A stretch of 64,000 nucleotides of DNA from positions 896,001 to 960,000 of the forward strand of contig OZ241867.1 in the NCBI GenBank assembly GCA_965203175.1, given 5' to 3'. Under the pieces are notes generated by a model that was given only the letters and a program-made list of their open reading frames with translations, did not search any database and was not told where the DNA came from. Shown piece by piece: positions 17,711-25,855 of the stretch. Source of the DNA: Candidatus Latescibacterota bacterium (lineage in GTDB: Bacteria; Latescibacterota; UBA2968; UBA8231). The stretch's first letter is position 1, and each line of letters begins with the position of its first letter. Position numbers and translations under genes: made by a program.

Positions 17711-19660
17711 TCAATAGGCGACGGCAATGGGCCGCATTTGCACTTGGCGCTTCCCACCGCTCTCGACCTCGACTTGGCAGATGTACAGACCGGGGGCCAC
17801 CTGCTGGCCGGCCTCGTCTCGCCCGTCCCACTGATGCGGATGCCGTCCCGCGACATCGACGTCTGCGTACACGCGCCGCACTAAGCGGCCGCTCAAATCC
17901 CGCACCAGCACCTCCACCGGCACCGGCTCGGTCACCTTGAGCAGTTCGTAGGCGATCTCCACTTGGTCGTTGATCTGGTCGCCGTTGGGCGTAAACGCCT
18001 CGGTGCTCAGAGACACAGCTCCTAAGACCTTATTGTCTAGGGTCATCGCCTGCACCAAAAGTTGGTTGCCATCTACCAGCTCGTTGGCCTCGCCAGCGGC
18101 CACGATCTGCCCGATCTCCCCCGGCGCTGTACTGTCGATCACCCGGCCTTCAAAAATTGCACCAAAGCGGAAAATTTCCGCGCGCACATCCACTTCGAGT
18201 AGCTCGCCACTGCGCTCGACATCCAACCGTGGGAAACCCAAAACTACGCCGGCCTCCTCGGCCACGGCGCTGAAATCCGCCACGGATTCACCACTGAGGC
18301 GCACGGCCTCTACGTCGACGATCCGGCCGCCGACCAAGCGCAGGTCCAACCCGTCAAACCCTTGGTCGCCGGGTTCAATCGTCGGGCGCACTGCATAGGT
18401 AAACGTGCGTTCCTCAGCCACTGCCGCTTGCCAAGGATCGATCTCGCCGACTAAGCCGGTCACCAAGCGCGGGGAAACGGCGAATTCGAGATAGCCGAGC
18501 TGGCCGCCGGCTTGGCCGAAGGAGCTGAATGCTATCCTGAACTGCACGTAGCGGTGGGAGCGCGTCGCCCGCAGCGCCACGCCCGCGCTGTCGGCGAATT
18601 CGTACGGCGACGACCACAGCTCCCATTGGGCGGTGTCGTCGGTGATGGCTCCGCGCATGATCGGCCCCAAGCGGCCATAGGTTTTGCGGGTCAGCAGCTT
18701 GCCGTCCTCGCCGAAGGGCACCTGTTCGTCGCCCCGGAAGGTATTGCGCCAGTACACCAGCGGCGTCTCGTCGCCGCCAGCGCGGGAGCGGATCTCCACT
18801 TGCGCCCCTTCGTCCTGCCGCCCTCCCCAGCGCACCCAGCCCAAATTGGCGAATTCGCCTATATCGAGAACATTGGACTGGTACGAGGCCGAGCCTTGGA
18901 AACCGCCGCCGTACACCTCCAACTCAGCTAGGTCCCATATCTTATCTTGGGGCATCACGTGAATCATCAAATAGCGGATCGGCGTTCCGTCTAGCTCGAT
19001 GTCGAGCTGCGGATTTTTGTTTTCCAAAATTTCCGCGACCACCTTTAGCTCAATGCCCTTCTTGCTGTCGGCCTCTCTCAGCGACCGATTGAGCGCACTC
19101 GCTCCAACGAATTCAATCTGATCAACGCCGCCCCCGGCATCGGTCTGCGCGGCGACGATGACGTGGGCGACAGAGCGTTCGCTGCCCACCTTTGGGACGA
19201 AGCGGACCAACCGCGTCGCAAAGTCGCCGCCGAGATCAAAAAAAAGAGCCGTGCCGCGGAAGGTATGGGCGTGTTCCCGCGGACGGGTCTCCAAGAAAAA
19301 CGTCTCCAGGTCCCCGTCGATCACCAAGCTCAGTTCGTCGCCGACATCTTCAAAACCATTGTACGCGCCGTGCTGAAAATTGCCGCTGACCCCGCTCAGG
19401 GTCGTCGCCATATTATCGCTCTCGTTGTAGAAAAACGGCGTGATCTGCTCGGTGAGCGCGAGCCCAAAGCTCTCGCCGCCTAAGTTCTTGTCTAAGTCGG
19501 CCCAGCTCAACTGGCGAAATTCAGCACCGGCGTCCACCTCAGCCGGAGGCGGCAGACTCTCGCCGCCGATGCGATAGACGACCAAGGCCGCGCTCGGCTG
19601 GACGCCGAGCAAAGCCAACAGGGCCGCGACGAGCCATGTCGTGCGCTGCAATTTTTTCAC
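17711..19660 (-). CDS. Secreted beta-rich protein with C-terminal FlgD-Ig/CHU_C-like domain (paralog 1)
   Basis: Signal peptide; FTPNGDQIND...DLSGRLVR...WDGRDEAG..VAPGLY. Confidence 0.82.
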   Translation of the reverse strand: MKKLQRTTWLVAALLALLGVQPSAALVVYRIGGESLPPPAEVDAGAEFRQLSWADLDKNLGGESFGLALTEQITPFFYNESDNMATTLSGVSGNFQHGAYNGFEDVGDELSLVIDGDLETFFLETRPREHAHTFRGTALFFDLGGDFATRLVRFVPKVGSERSVAHVIVAAQTDAGGGVDQIEFVGASALNRSLREADSKKGIELKVVAEILENKNPQLDIELDGTPIRYLMIHVMPQDKIWDLAELEVYGGGFQGSASYQSNVLDIGEFANLGWVRWGGRQDEGAQVEIRSRAGGDETPLVYWRNTFRGDEQVPFGEDGKLLTRKTYGRLGPIMRGAITDDTAQWELWSSPYEFADSAGVALRATRSHRYVQFRIAFSSFGQAGGQLGYLEFAVSPRLVTGLVGEIDPWQAAVAEERTFTYAVRPTIEPGDQGFDGLDLRLVGGRIVDVEAVRLSGESVADFSAVAEEAGVVLGFPRLDVERSGELLEVDVRAEIFRFGAIFEGRVIDSTAPGEIGQIVAAGEANELVDGNQLLVQAMTLDNKVLGAVSLSTEAFTPNGDQINDQVEIAYELLKVTEPVPVEVLVRDLSGRLVRRVYADVDVAGRHPHQWDGRDEAGQQVAPGLYICQVEVESGGKRQVQMRPIAVAY

Positions 19661-19671
19661 AATGGCACCTC

Positions 19672-19716
19672 CAAGAAGAAGAGGGGATGGGACTAGCCCA
19701 TCCCCCCTCGTTCTTG
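19672..19716 (-). terminator. Intergenic GC-rich stem-loop (terminator-like or mRNA stabiliser)
   Basis: GGGGATGGG-actag-CCCATCCCC stem, with flanking CAAGAA/TTCTTG pairing, between the first and second genes of the block. Confidence 0.55.
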
Positions 19717-19735
19717 CATCCTAAATACTGCCCGC

Positions 19736-20680
19736 TTACTGGACGAAAGCAGACTTGATGCGACCCCAGCTATTCTCCTCGACCGCAGTCTCGATCGCGC
19801 TAAAATCGACGCGCGGATCAAGGGGTGCCAGCAGGAAATCCGTGGCCGAAGCCGTGGTTTTCCACACGTCGCTGGCGCCCGACAGAGACCACTGGCCAGA
19901 GTGCTCGGCATCCTGGCCGACGCCGCCGTCAGCACCGGCTACATCGCTGTCGAAGACCGCCCAGCCCAAGCCGGTGATCTCGCCCTCGTTGTAGTCGTGG
20001 ATGACGCTGCCTTCCGGGTCGTTGAAGAGAAAATCATCCCAGGCTTGGCGTCGCACCTCGATAAAGGCCGTGGCCTCGCCACCGCCGATTTCGCCGTCCA
20101 AGCGGAAGCCGTGGTCAGCGTAGGGCAGCTCGTCGTGCCACTGCGCTTGGGTCATCCAAAACCACGACCAGCTCTCCTGGCCGTCGGGGCCGAGATTCGG
20201 GAAGCGGGTGTGGTAGGACTGCGACCAGCGGCCTTGGGCCAAGGCGCGCTCTTCCTCGTTCTCTATGTCGGCAGTGCCGAAGCGCATCTGATCGCCGCTG
20301 TGGTCGCCATCGACGTGCATTTCCCAGCTATCGTCGCCGCCGGCCACGCCGCCTTGGGCGTCGCGATCGTAGAAGTCGTCAAAGCGCTCCATCATGAAAT
20401 AGAGACTGTTGGTCGATTCGCTCCAGCCGACGATAGTGCGGAAGTTCAAATCGCCGAACTCGGCCGGCTTTTCGCCATTGAACGCGGTGTGATCGGCAAA
20501 GGTAATCAAGTAGTCCTCGGGGACGATCGACCATTCGGACAGATCGCCGTCCAGCGTGGGCTCAAGGCCCGCCGGCCACTGGAAAGCCGTGCGCACAGCG
20601 CCCTCGGGCACGTGCGCCGTAGCCGGAGCAACGACGGCCACGCACAGGGCCAGTGCGAAGAAAACAGTGATTTTTTTCAA
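19736..20680 (-). CDS. Secreted CBM9/DOMON-like sugar-binding-fold protein with C-terminal TAVEENSWGRIK tail
   Basis: TTG start 6 nt after AAGGAGG, signal peptide MKKITVFFALALCVAVVAPATA; PTLDGDLSEW and GWSESTNSLYF motifs. Confidence 0.75.
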   Translation of the reverse strand: MKKITVFFALALCVAVVAPATAHVPEGAVRTAFQWPAGLEPTLDGDLSEWSIVPEDYLITFADHTAFNGEKPAEFGDLNFRTIVGWSESTNSLYFMMERFDDFYDRDAQGGVAGGDDSWEMHVDGDHSGDQMRFGTADIENEEERALAQGRWSQSYHTRFPNLGPDGQESWSWFWMTQAQWHDELPYADHGFRLDGEIGGGEATAFIEVRRQAWDDFLFNDPEGSVIHDYNEGEITGLGWAVFDSDVAGADGGVGQDAEHSGQWSLSGASDVWKTTASATDFLLAPLDPRVDFSAIETAVEENSWGRIKSAFVQ

Positions 20681-20806
20681 AATCATCCTCCTTGGTTTTA
20701 GGATAACGCCCGCTACAGTGGGGCATATTAGGAGCTTATTATAAAACAAACGCTTCCGTTTTACTACTCTTAATCTTCGGCAATGACCTCCTTTCTCGGT
20801 TGTAAC

Positions 20807-22330
20807 CTATTGGGGTGTTTGCAAACGCTCAATGCGGCTCTGAGCCGCCGCCAGTACCTTCTCATCGCCGCGCCAGTGCCGGACAAAGGCCCCGTACGCG
20901 AGGCGCGCCGCCGCGGCCTCGCCCTGTTTTTCGTAGGCTTGTCCCAGCGCGTAGTGGGAGCGCGCATGCGTGGAATCGCGCCGCACGACCTCCTCGAACT
21001 GGGCGATGGCCTCCGCCAAGGACTCGCGCCGGGCCAAGGCCATGCCCAATCCGTAGTACGCGTCGCGCAGCTCAGCGTCGCAGGCAAGGGCGGCCCGATA
21101 GGCGCTGATGGCTTTTTCCAAGTCGCCCTGCAGGGCATAGACATTGCCCAAGGCATTGTGCGCCTTGGCGTAGCAGGCGTCGATGTCCAAGGCGCGGGAA
21201 AACGCGGCCTCGGCCTCGGCCCAACGCTGCTTTTGCGCGTGGGCAAAGCCCATGGTAAAGTGCGCTTCGGGCGCACGTCGACCACGCGGCTCGTGCGCCG
21301 CAATTTTGCCGGCCAAGTGCGCGGCGCGTTCGACATCGCCCTGCCGCAGGTGGATTTGCACCACCGCGGCCAGCGCGTCAACGTGCTCGGGCTCGCGGCT
21401 GAGCACTTCCTTATACGTGCTCAGCGCGTCGGCGTATTGCCCCAGGCGCATCTGCGCTCGGCCCAGCGCCAACCGCGCCTCCACATCGCCGGGCTCCCTC
21501 TCCAACACCTTTTCCAAGGTCTCTTCCCGCTCTGACAAGTCGAGCAAACCCTCTAGGCGCGCGAGCATGGCTTCGGCTTCGTCGTAGCGGCCTTGGGCCG
21601 AGTACAAATTCGCCAAGTCGTGGTACGCCTCGCCGTAGTTGGCGTCGAGCGCCACGGCCCGGTTGAGCGCCTGCGCTGCTTCGTCGTAGCGCTTCTCGTT
21701 CAGGTAGAGCCGTCCCATGTCCCGCCAGATCTCTTTGCGCTTTGGTGCCAACTCGGCCGCTTCTAGCAAAACCTCTTCCGCGCGCGCATTGCGGCCCTGC
21801 TGGCTATAGAGCAACGCTAGGGCTTGCCGCGCTTCCACGTCTTTTGGCGCGATGTAAAGCGCCCTCAGTAGGGCCTCTTCGGCGCGCTCGTATTGCCCTT
21901 GCTCCTTGTGCAAGAAGGCCAACAAGCGATACGAGCTAGGCGATTGAGGATCAAAGCGCAGCGCGGTTTCCGCCGCCTCTACGGCCTGCGGATAGCGGCC
22001 TGCTTCGAGGTGGGCGATAGCCAAGTTGTGATAGGAGGGAATATACGTCGAATCCAGCGCAATGGCTCGCGCAAAGTGCTCGGCCGCCGCCGTACTCTTG
22101 CGCTGCAAATGCGCCAAGCCTAGGTAAAAGTGCGCGTCGCGGGACAGCGAATCGCGACTCACGGCCTCTTGGTACACGGCCGCGGCTTGGTCGTACTGCC
22201 CCTGATCCAAATAGGCCCTCCCCACCGCGAGCAGTGAATCGTCTGCTGACGGCTCTTGCCGCACTTCGCCGCATCCCCCGATTGAGAGGAGGACGAGAAA
22301 GGCGATGCGATCTACGGGCGAGCGGGACAT
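20807..22330 (-). CDS. Tetratricopeptide-repeat lipoprotein
   Basis: Lipobox LLSIGGC; many 34-aa repeats (AHFYLGLAH, AHNALGNVY, AYYGLGMAL, SHYALGQAY). Confidence 0.92.
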   Translation of the reverse strand: MSRSPVDRIAFLVLLSIGGCGEVRQEPSADDSLLAVGRAYLDQGQYDQAAAVYQEAVSRDSLSRDAHFYLGLAHLQRKSTAAAEHFARAIALDSTYIPSYHNLAIAHLEAGRYPQAVEAAETALRFDPQSPSSYRLLAFLHKEQGQYERAEEALLRALYIAPKDVEARQALALLYSQQGRNARAEEVLLEAAELAPKRKEIWRDMGRLYLNEKRYDEAAQALNRAVALDANYGEAYHDLANLYSAQGRYDEAEAMLARLEGLLDLSEREETLEKVLEREPGDVEARLALGRAQMRLGQYADALSTYKEVLSREPEHVDALAAVVQIHLRQGDVERAAHLAGKIAAHEPRGRRAPEAHFTMGFAHAQKQRWAEAEAAFSRALDIDACYAKAHNALGNVYALQGDLEKAISAYRAALACDAELRDAYYGLGMALARRESLAEAIAQFEEVVRRDSTHARSHYALGQAYEKQGEAAAARLAYGAFVRHWRGDEKVLAAAQSRIERLQTPQ

Positions 22331-22440
22331 ATCGTAGATTCTCTCCGGAACCAGAACGGCGACTAAAAATGTTGCAAGTGCTTGTTGTTAAAGTAATATA
22401 GATTAAAATTTGAATATACAATATGTATTTAGATCCTAAG
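22331..22440. promoter_or_regulatory. AT-rich divergent promoter region between the TPR and beta-helix genes
   Basis: Strongly AT-rich stretch (gttaaagtaatatagattaaaatttgaatatacaatatgtattt) in GC-rich context. Confidence 0.5.
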
Positions 22441-23628
22441 TCAAGAACGAAAGTGCTTCGCAATTTGGCGTTTTTCGACCGGGCGGCAGCCCATCTTTTC
22501 GCACTCTGCTTTCTCTCTGTAGGCTGCGATCCTCCGCCCCCACAACCCCAAGCGGACGCCGCGTACCACGTCTATCCGGGCGACAGCATCCAAACAGCCC
22601 TCGAAGCGGCAGCCCGCGACTCAATCCACAAGACCGTCAAGGTCCACGCGGGAACCTACCGGCCGCAGCAAGCCGGCCAAGCGATGCTCTTTTTCGCAGC
22701 CCGCCACGACGGCATCACGCTCGAAGCAGTGGGACGCGTAGTGCTGACGGCCGCTCACCCCGAGCGAGCCGACCCCGACGCGGCGAGTTACCCAGCTATC
22801 GTCAACCACGTGGTCTTTTTCGGCGACGGCATCTCCCAGCGCACCGTCCTGCGCGGTTTCACCATCACCGGCGCCAACAACTTCGCCAGCCGCAGCGAAG
22901 GCCCCGAGCCAATCCAGCCGGACTCTTCCAACGGCGTACGCTGGGAAAAGGGACTGTTTTTCTACGCCGACGGCGGCGGCATCAAGGTATTTGGCCGTTC
23001 CTATCCAACCCTCGAAGGGTTAGAACTCCACGACAACTACGCCAGCCCCTGCGGCGGCGGCATCTCCATTGAGCATAGGGGGTTCGACAACGCGACCGTG
23101 CTGATCAAAGACTCCGTCTTCCGCAACAATAGCTGCCAAATCACCGGCGCGGCCGTCGATGTGCTGCCCGGCAGCGCGGCCGTACTCGACAACTGCCTCT
23201 TCGTCGGCAATGTCGCCAATCTCGGTCCCGACTACGTGGGCCGCCGTGGCGGCGTCGAATACAACAAGGCGCACGGCTCGGGTGCGTTGACAGTCTTTCC
23301 CGGCGCGCGCGTCGAAGTGCGCAACTGCACCTTCACGGACAACTGGAACGGCGTTGACGACAAAGGGCGCGGTAGTTCATACCGCAATACCATCTTCTGG
23401 ATGAACGTGCGCGGCGGCGGCATTGCCCCCGGCAGCCGCTACGAAGTCGATTTACTCGACAGTCGCCGTTTCAGCGGCTGCTTTATCCGCGGCCAAATCG
23501 ACGACCTACGCGGCACCTTGGACCCAGAGCGCAATGTGCTCCAAGCACCGGATCCGCAATTCGACGAGCACTACCGACCCCGAGCCTCTGCCTACTCCGG
23601 AGTGGGCTACCGACCGCCGGAGGAATAG
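22423..23628 (+). CDS. Right-handed parallel beta-helix (pectin-lyase-like) lipoprotein
   Basis: Lipobox FLSVGC; VYPGDSIQTAL...VHAGTY, LRGFTITGA, GGGI and NCLFVGN/NCTFTDN repeats; start uncertain. Confidence 0.82.
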   Translation: MYLDPKSRTKVLRNLAFFDRAAAHLFALCFLSVGCDPPPPQPQADAAYHVYPGDSIQTALEAAARDSIHKTVKVHAGTYRPQQAGQAMLFFAARHDGITLEAVGRVVLTAAHPERADPDAASYPAIVNHVVFFGDGISQRTVLRGFTITGANNFASRSEGPEPIQPDSSNGVRWEKGLFFYADGGGIKVFGRSYPTLEGLELHDNYASPCGGGISIEHRGFDNATVLIKDSVFRNNSCQITGAAVDVLPGSAAVLDNCLFVGNVANLGPDYVGRRGGVEYNKAHGSGALTVFPGARVEVRNCTFTDNWNGVDDKGRGSSYRNTIFWMNVRGGGIAPGSRYEVDLLDSRRFSGCFIRGQIDDLRGTLDPERNVLQAPDPQFDEHYRPRASAYSGVGYRPPEE

Positions 23629-23643
23629 ATTATCATTCCACCT

Positions 23644-25851
23644 ATGCTGAAACTGCTCTCTACTCTCGCCGTCCTCTCGCTGGCGTCACCGCATCACACC
23701 GAGGCACAGGGTGCCGCTGCGATCCGCCAACAACGGCTCGAACTGGACCGCACGGTCTGGTCCGACGAGCGTCGCGCCCAGCAATACGAGGCCGTCTTTG
23801 TCGCCTTATGGGATCGACTGCGCGCCGCCCAAGAGGCGCGGCCGGTGCTGGCCGCCTTTCCCTTTGACCAACTGCTACTCGGCTCTCCGCAGGATAGCGT
23901 CAAGCACGACTGGGACATCGTCGAAACGCACTATGGCGACCCGCCGCGCACGCTTGACCAGGGGCAGTGGTCGGCCTTACTCAAACAATGGGAAGAAGAG
24001 GGCCTCGTTCTCGAACAATCCGAATGGCACCACAAGCAATTCATCCCTGCCAAGGACGGCCCCCCCCGCTCTTTAATAGACCTAAAACTACACGTTAAAA
24101 ACGACAATAAACGTCTAATCATCAGCGGCGACCTGTCCGTCACTTGGAGTGAGCAGCAAGACGAGGCCGGGCACTACATCCCCGCCACCATCGATGCCTC
24201 AAATCTGACGCTGACCGAACGGCACGGCACACCCGCTTTTACCTCTTCAGCCGTCTTGGCGGACGACACCGCGCTCTCGCCTCTCATCGCCGCCGACCTC
24301 GACGGCGACGGTCTCGACGACTTGCTCGCACTCGGTGCCAACTTGCTCTACCGCAACCAAGGTGGACGCTTTGCGCCTGAGCCGCTTTTGGCGTATCCAC
24401 CTCCGGTCGGTCGCATCGAAGTAGCACTCCTAGCCGACTTCACCGGCGATGGCGCACCCGACCTAATCGTCGGCGGCCCCGGGCAATTGCTGGGCCTCTA
24501 CGAGAGCGGCAAGAGCTTCGACCAACCCGGCTTGGCCATTGCGACTCGGCCCCTGCAATACCCCGAAGCCATGAGCGCGGGCGACATAGACGGCGACGGC
24601 GACCTCGACCTGTGGGTTGGCCAGTACCGGCTGCCCTACCGCGAGGGCCAGATGCCCACGCCGTACTACGACGCCAACGACGGCTATCCCGCGTACTTGC
24701 TGAGCAACGACGGACGTGGACGCTTCACCGACATCACAGCCCGCGCGGGCCTCGAAGCCAAGCGCAAGCGGCGCACCTACAGCGGCTCCTTGGCCGATCT
24801 CGACGGCGACGACGACCTCGACCTGCTGGTCGTCAGCGACTTCGCCGGCATCGACCTGTACTACAACGACGGCACCGGCACCTTTGCCGATGTCACCTCC
24901 CGCACCGTCAGCGAGGCATCGACCTTTGGCATGTCCCACGTCTTTGGCGACTACAACGCCGACGGCCGCCTCGACATGTACGTAGTGGGCATGAGTTCGA
25001 CCACGGCGCGCCGCCTCGACTACCTCAATCTCGGGCGCGAAGAGTACCCCGAGCACCACCAACAGCGCCGGGCCATGGGCTTTGGCAACCGGCTTTACCT
25101 CGGGCGCGAAGACGCCCAGTTCAGCATCGCCCCAAGCACGGAACATGTGGCGCGCACCGGGTGGTCTTGGGGCGTGGCCTCCGCGGACTTCGACAACGAC
25201 GGCGACGACGAAATCTACGTGGCCAACGGCCACCTCAGCGGCGAAACCGCCCAAGACTACTGCACCACCTTCTGGACGCACGACATCTACACCGGCGGCT
25301 CGGAACCCGACCCGCAAATAGCCGAATTTTTCGACGAGGCGATTGCGGAATGGCACAACGCGGGCATCTCGTGGAACGGCTTTGAGCACAACAAGCTCTA
25401 CCTAAGCGGAGAGGGCCGCTCCTTCGTCGAAATCGGCTATCTGATGGACGTGGCTTTTGAATTCGATGCACGCACCGTACTCGACATGGACATCGACGCC
25501 GACGGCCGCATGGACCTATTAGTCAGCGAGTGGTCCGGTACCCCGCGCCGCGAGCGAGTCCACGTCTTGCGCAATGTCTGGCCTGGCGACAACAACTGGC
25601 TCGGCGTGCGCCTCCAAGGCACCGCCGGCACCTCTCCCATCGGCGCACGCATCACCCTGCGCTCGTCCCAAGGCACCAAGACGCAGTGGGTCTATACCGG
25701 CGAATCCTTCGACGCCCAGCGCTCACCCACCCGCCTTTTCGGCTTGGGCCCAGTCGAACAAGTCGAAGCCGTCGAAGTACAGTGGCCCGATGGGAAGGTC
25801 ACCACTCTATCCGATCCACAGATAAACCGCTACCACGAACTGACGCCCTGA
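23644..25851 (+). CDS. CRTAC1-family protein (FG-GAP repeats + ASPIC/UnbV), with an extra N-terminal domain
   Basis: Repeated DxDGDGDxDL motifs, GWSWG, C-terminal IGARI...FGLG...VQWPDG. Confidence 0.9.
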   Translation: MLKLLSTLAVLSLASPHHTEAQGAAAIRQQRLELDRTVWSDERRAQQYEAVFVALWDRLRAAQEARPVLAAFPFDQLLLGSPQDSVKHDWDIVETHYGDPPRTLDQGQWSALLKQWEEEGLVLEQSEWHHKQFIPAKDGPPRSLIDLKLHVKNDNKRLIISGDLSVTWSEQQDEAGHYIPATIDASNLTLTERHGTPAFTSSAVLADDTALSPLIAADLDGDGLDDLLALGANLLYRNQGGRFAPEPLLAYPPPVGRIEVALLADFTGDGAPDLIVGGPGQLLGLYESGKSFDQPGLAIATRPLQYPEAMSAGDIDGDGDLDLWVGQYRLPYREGQMPTPYYDANDGYPAYLLSNDGRGRFTDITARAGLEAKRKRRTYSGSLADLDGDDDLDLLVVSDFAGIDLYYNDGTGTFADVTSRTVSEASTFGMSHVFGDYNADGRLDMYVVGMSSTTARRLDYLNLGREEYPEHHQQRRAMGFGNRLYLGREDAQFSIAPSTEHVARTGWSWGVASADFDNDGDDEIYVANGHLSGETAQDYCTTFWTHDIYTGGSEPDPQIAEFFDEAIAEWHNAGISWNGFEHNKLYLSGEGRSFVEIGYLMDVAFEFDARTVLDMDIDADGRMDLLVSEWSGTPRRERVHVLRNVWPGDNNWLGVRLQGTAGTSPIGARITLRSSQGTKTQWVYTGESFDAQRSPTRLFGLGPVEQVEAVEVQWPDGKVTTLSDPQINRYHELTP

Positions 25852-25855
25852 AAGC

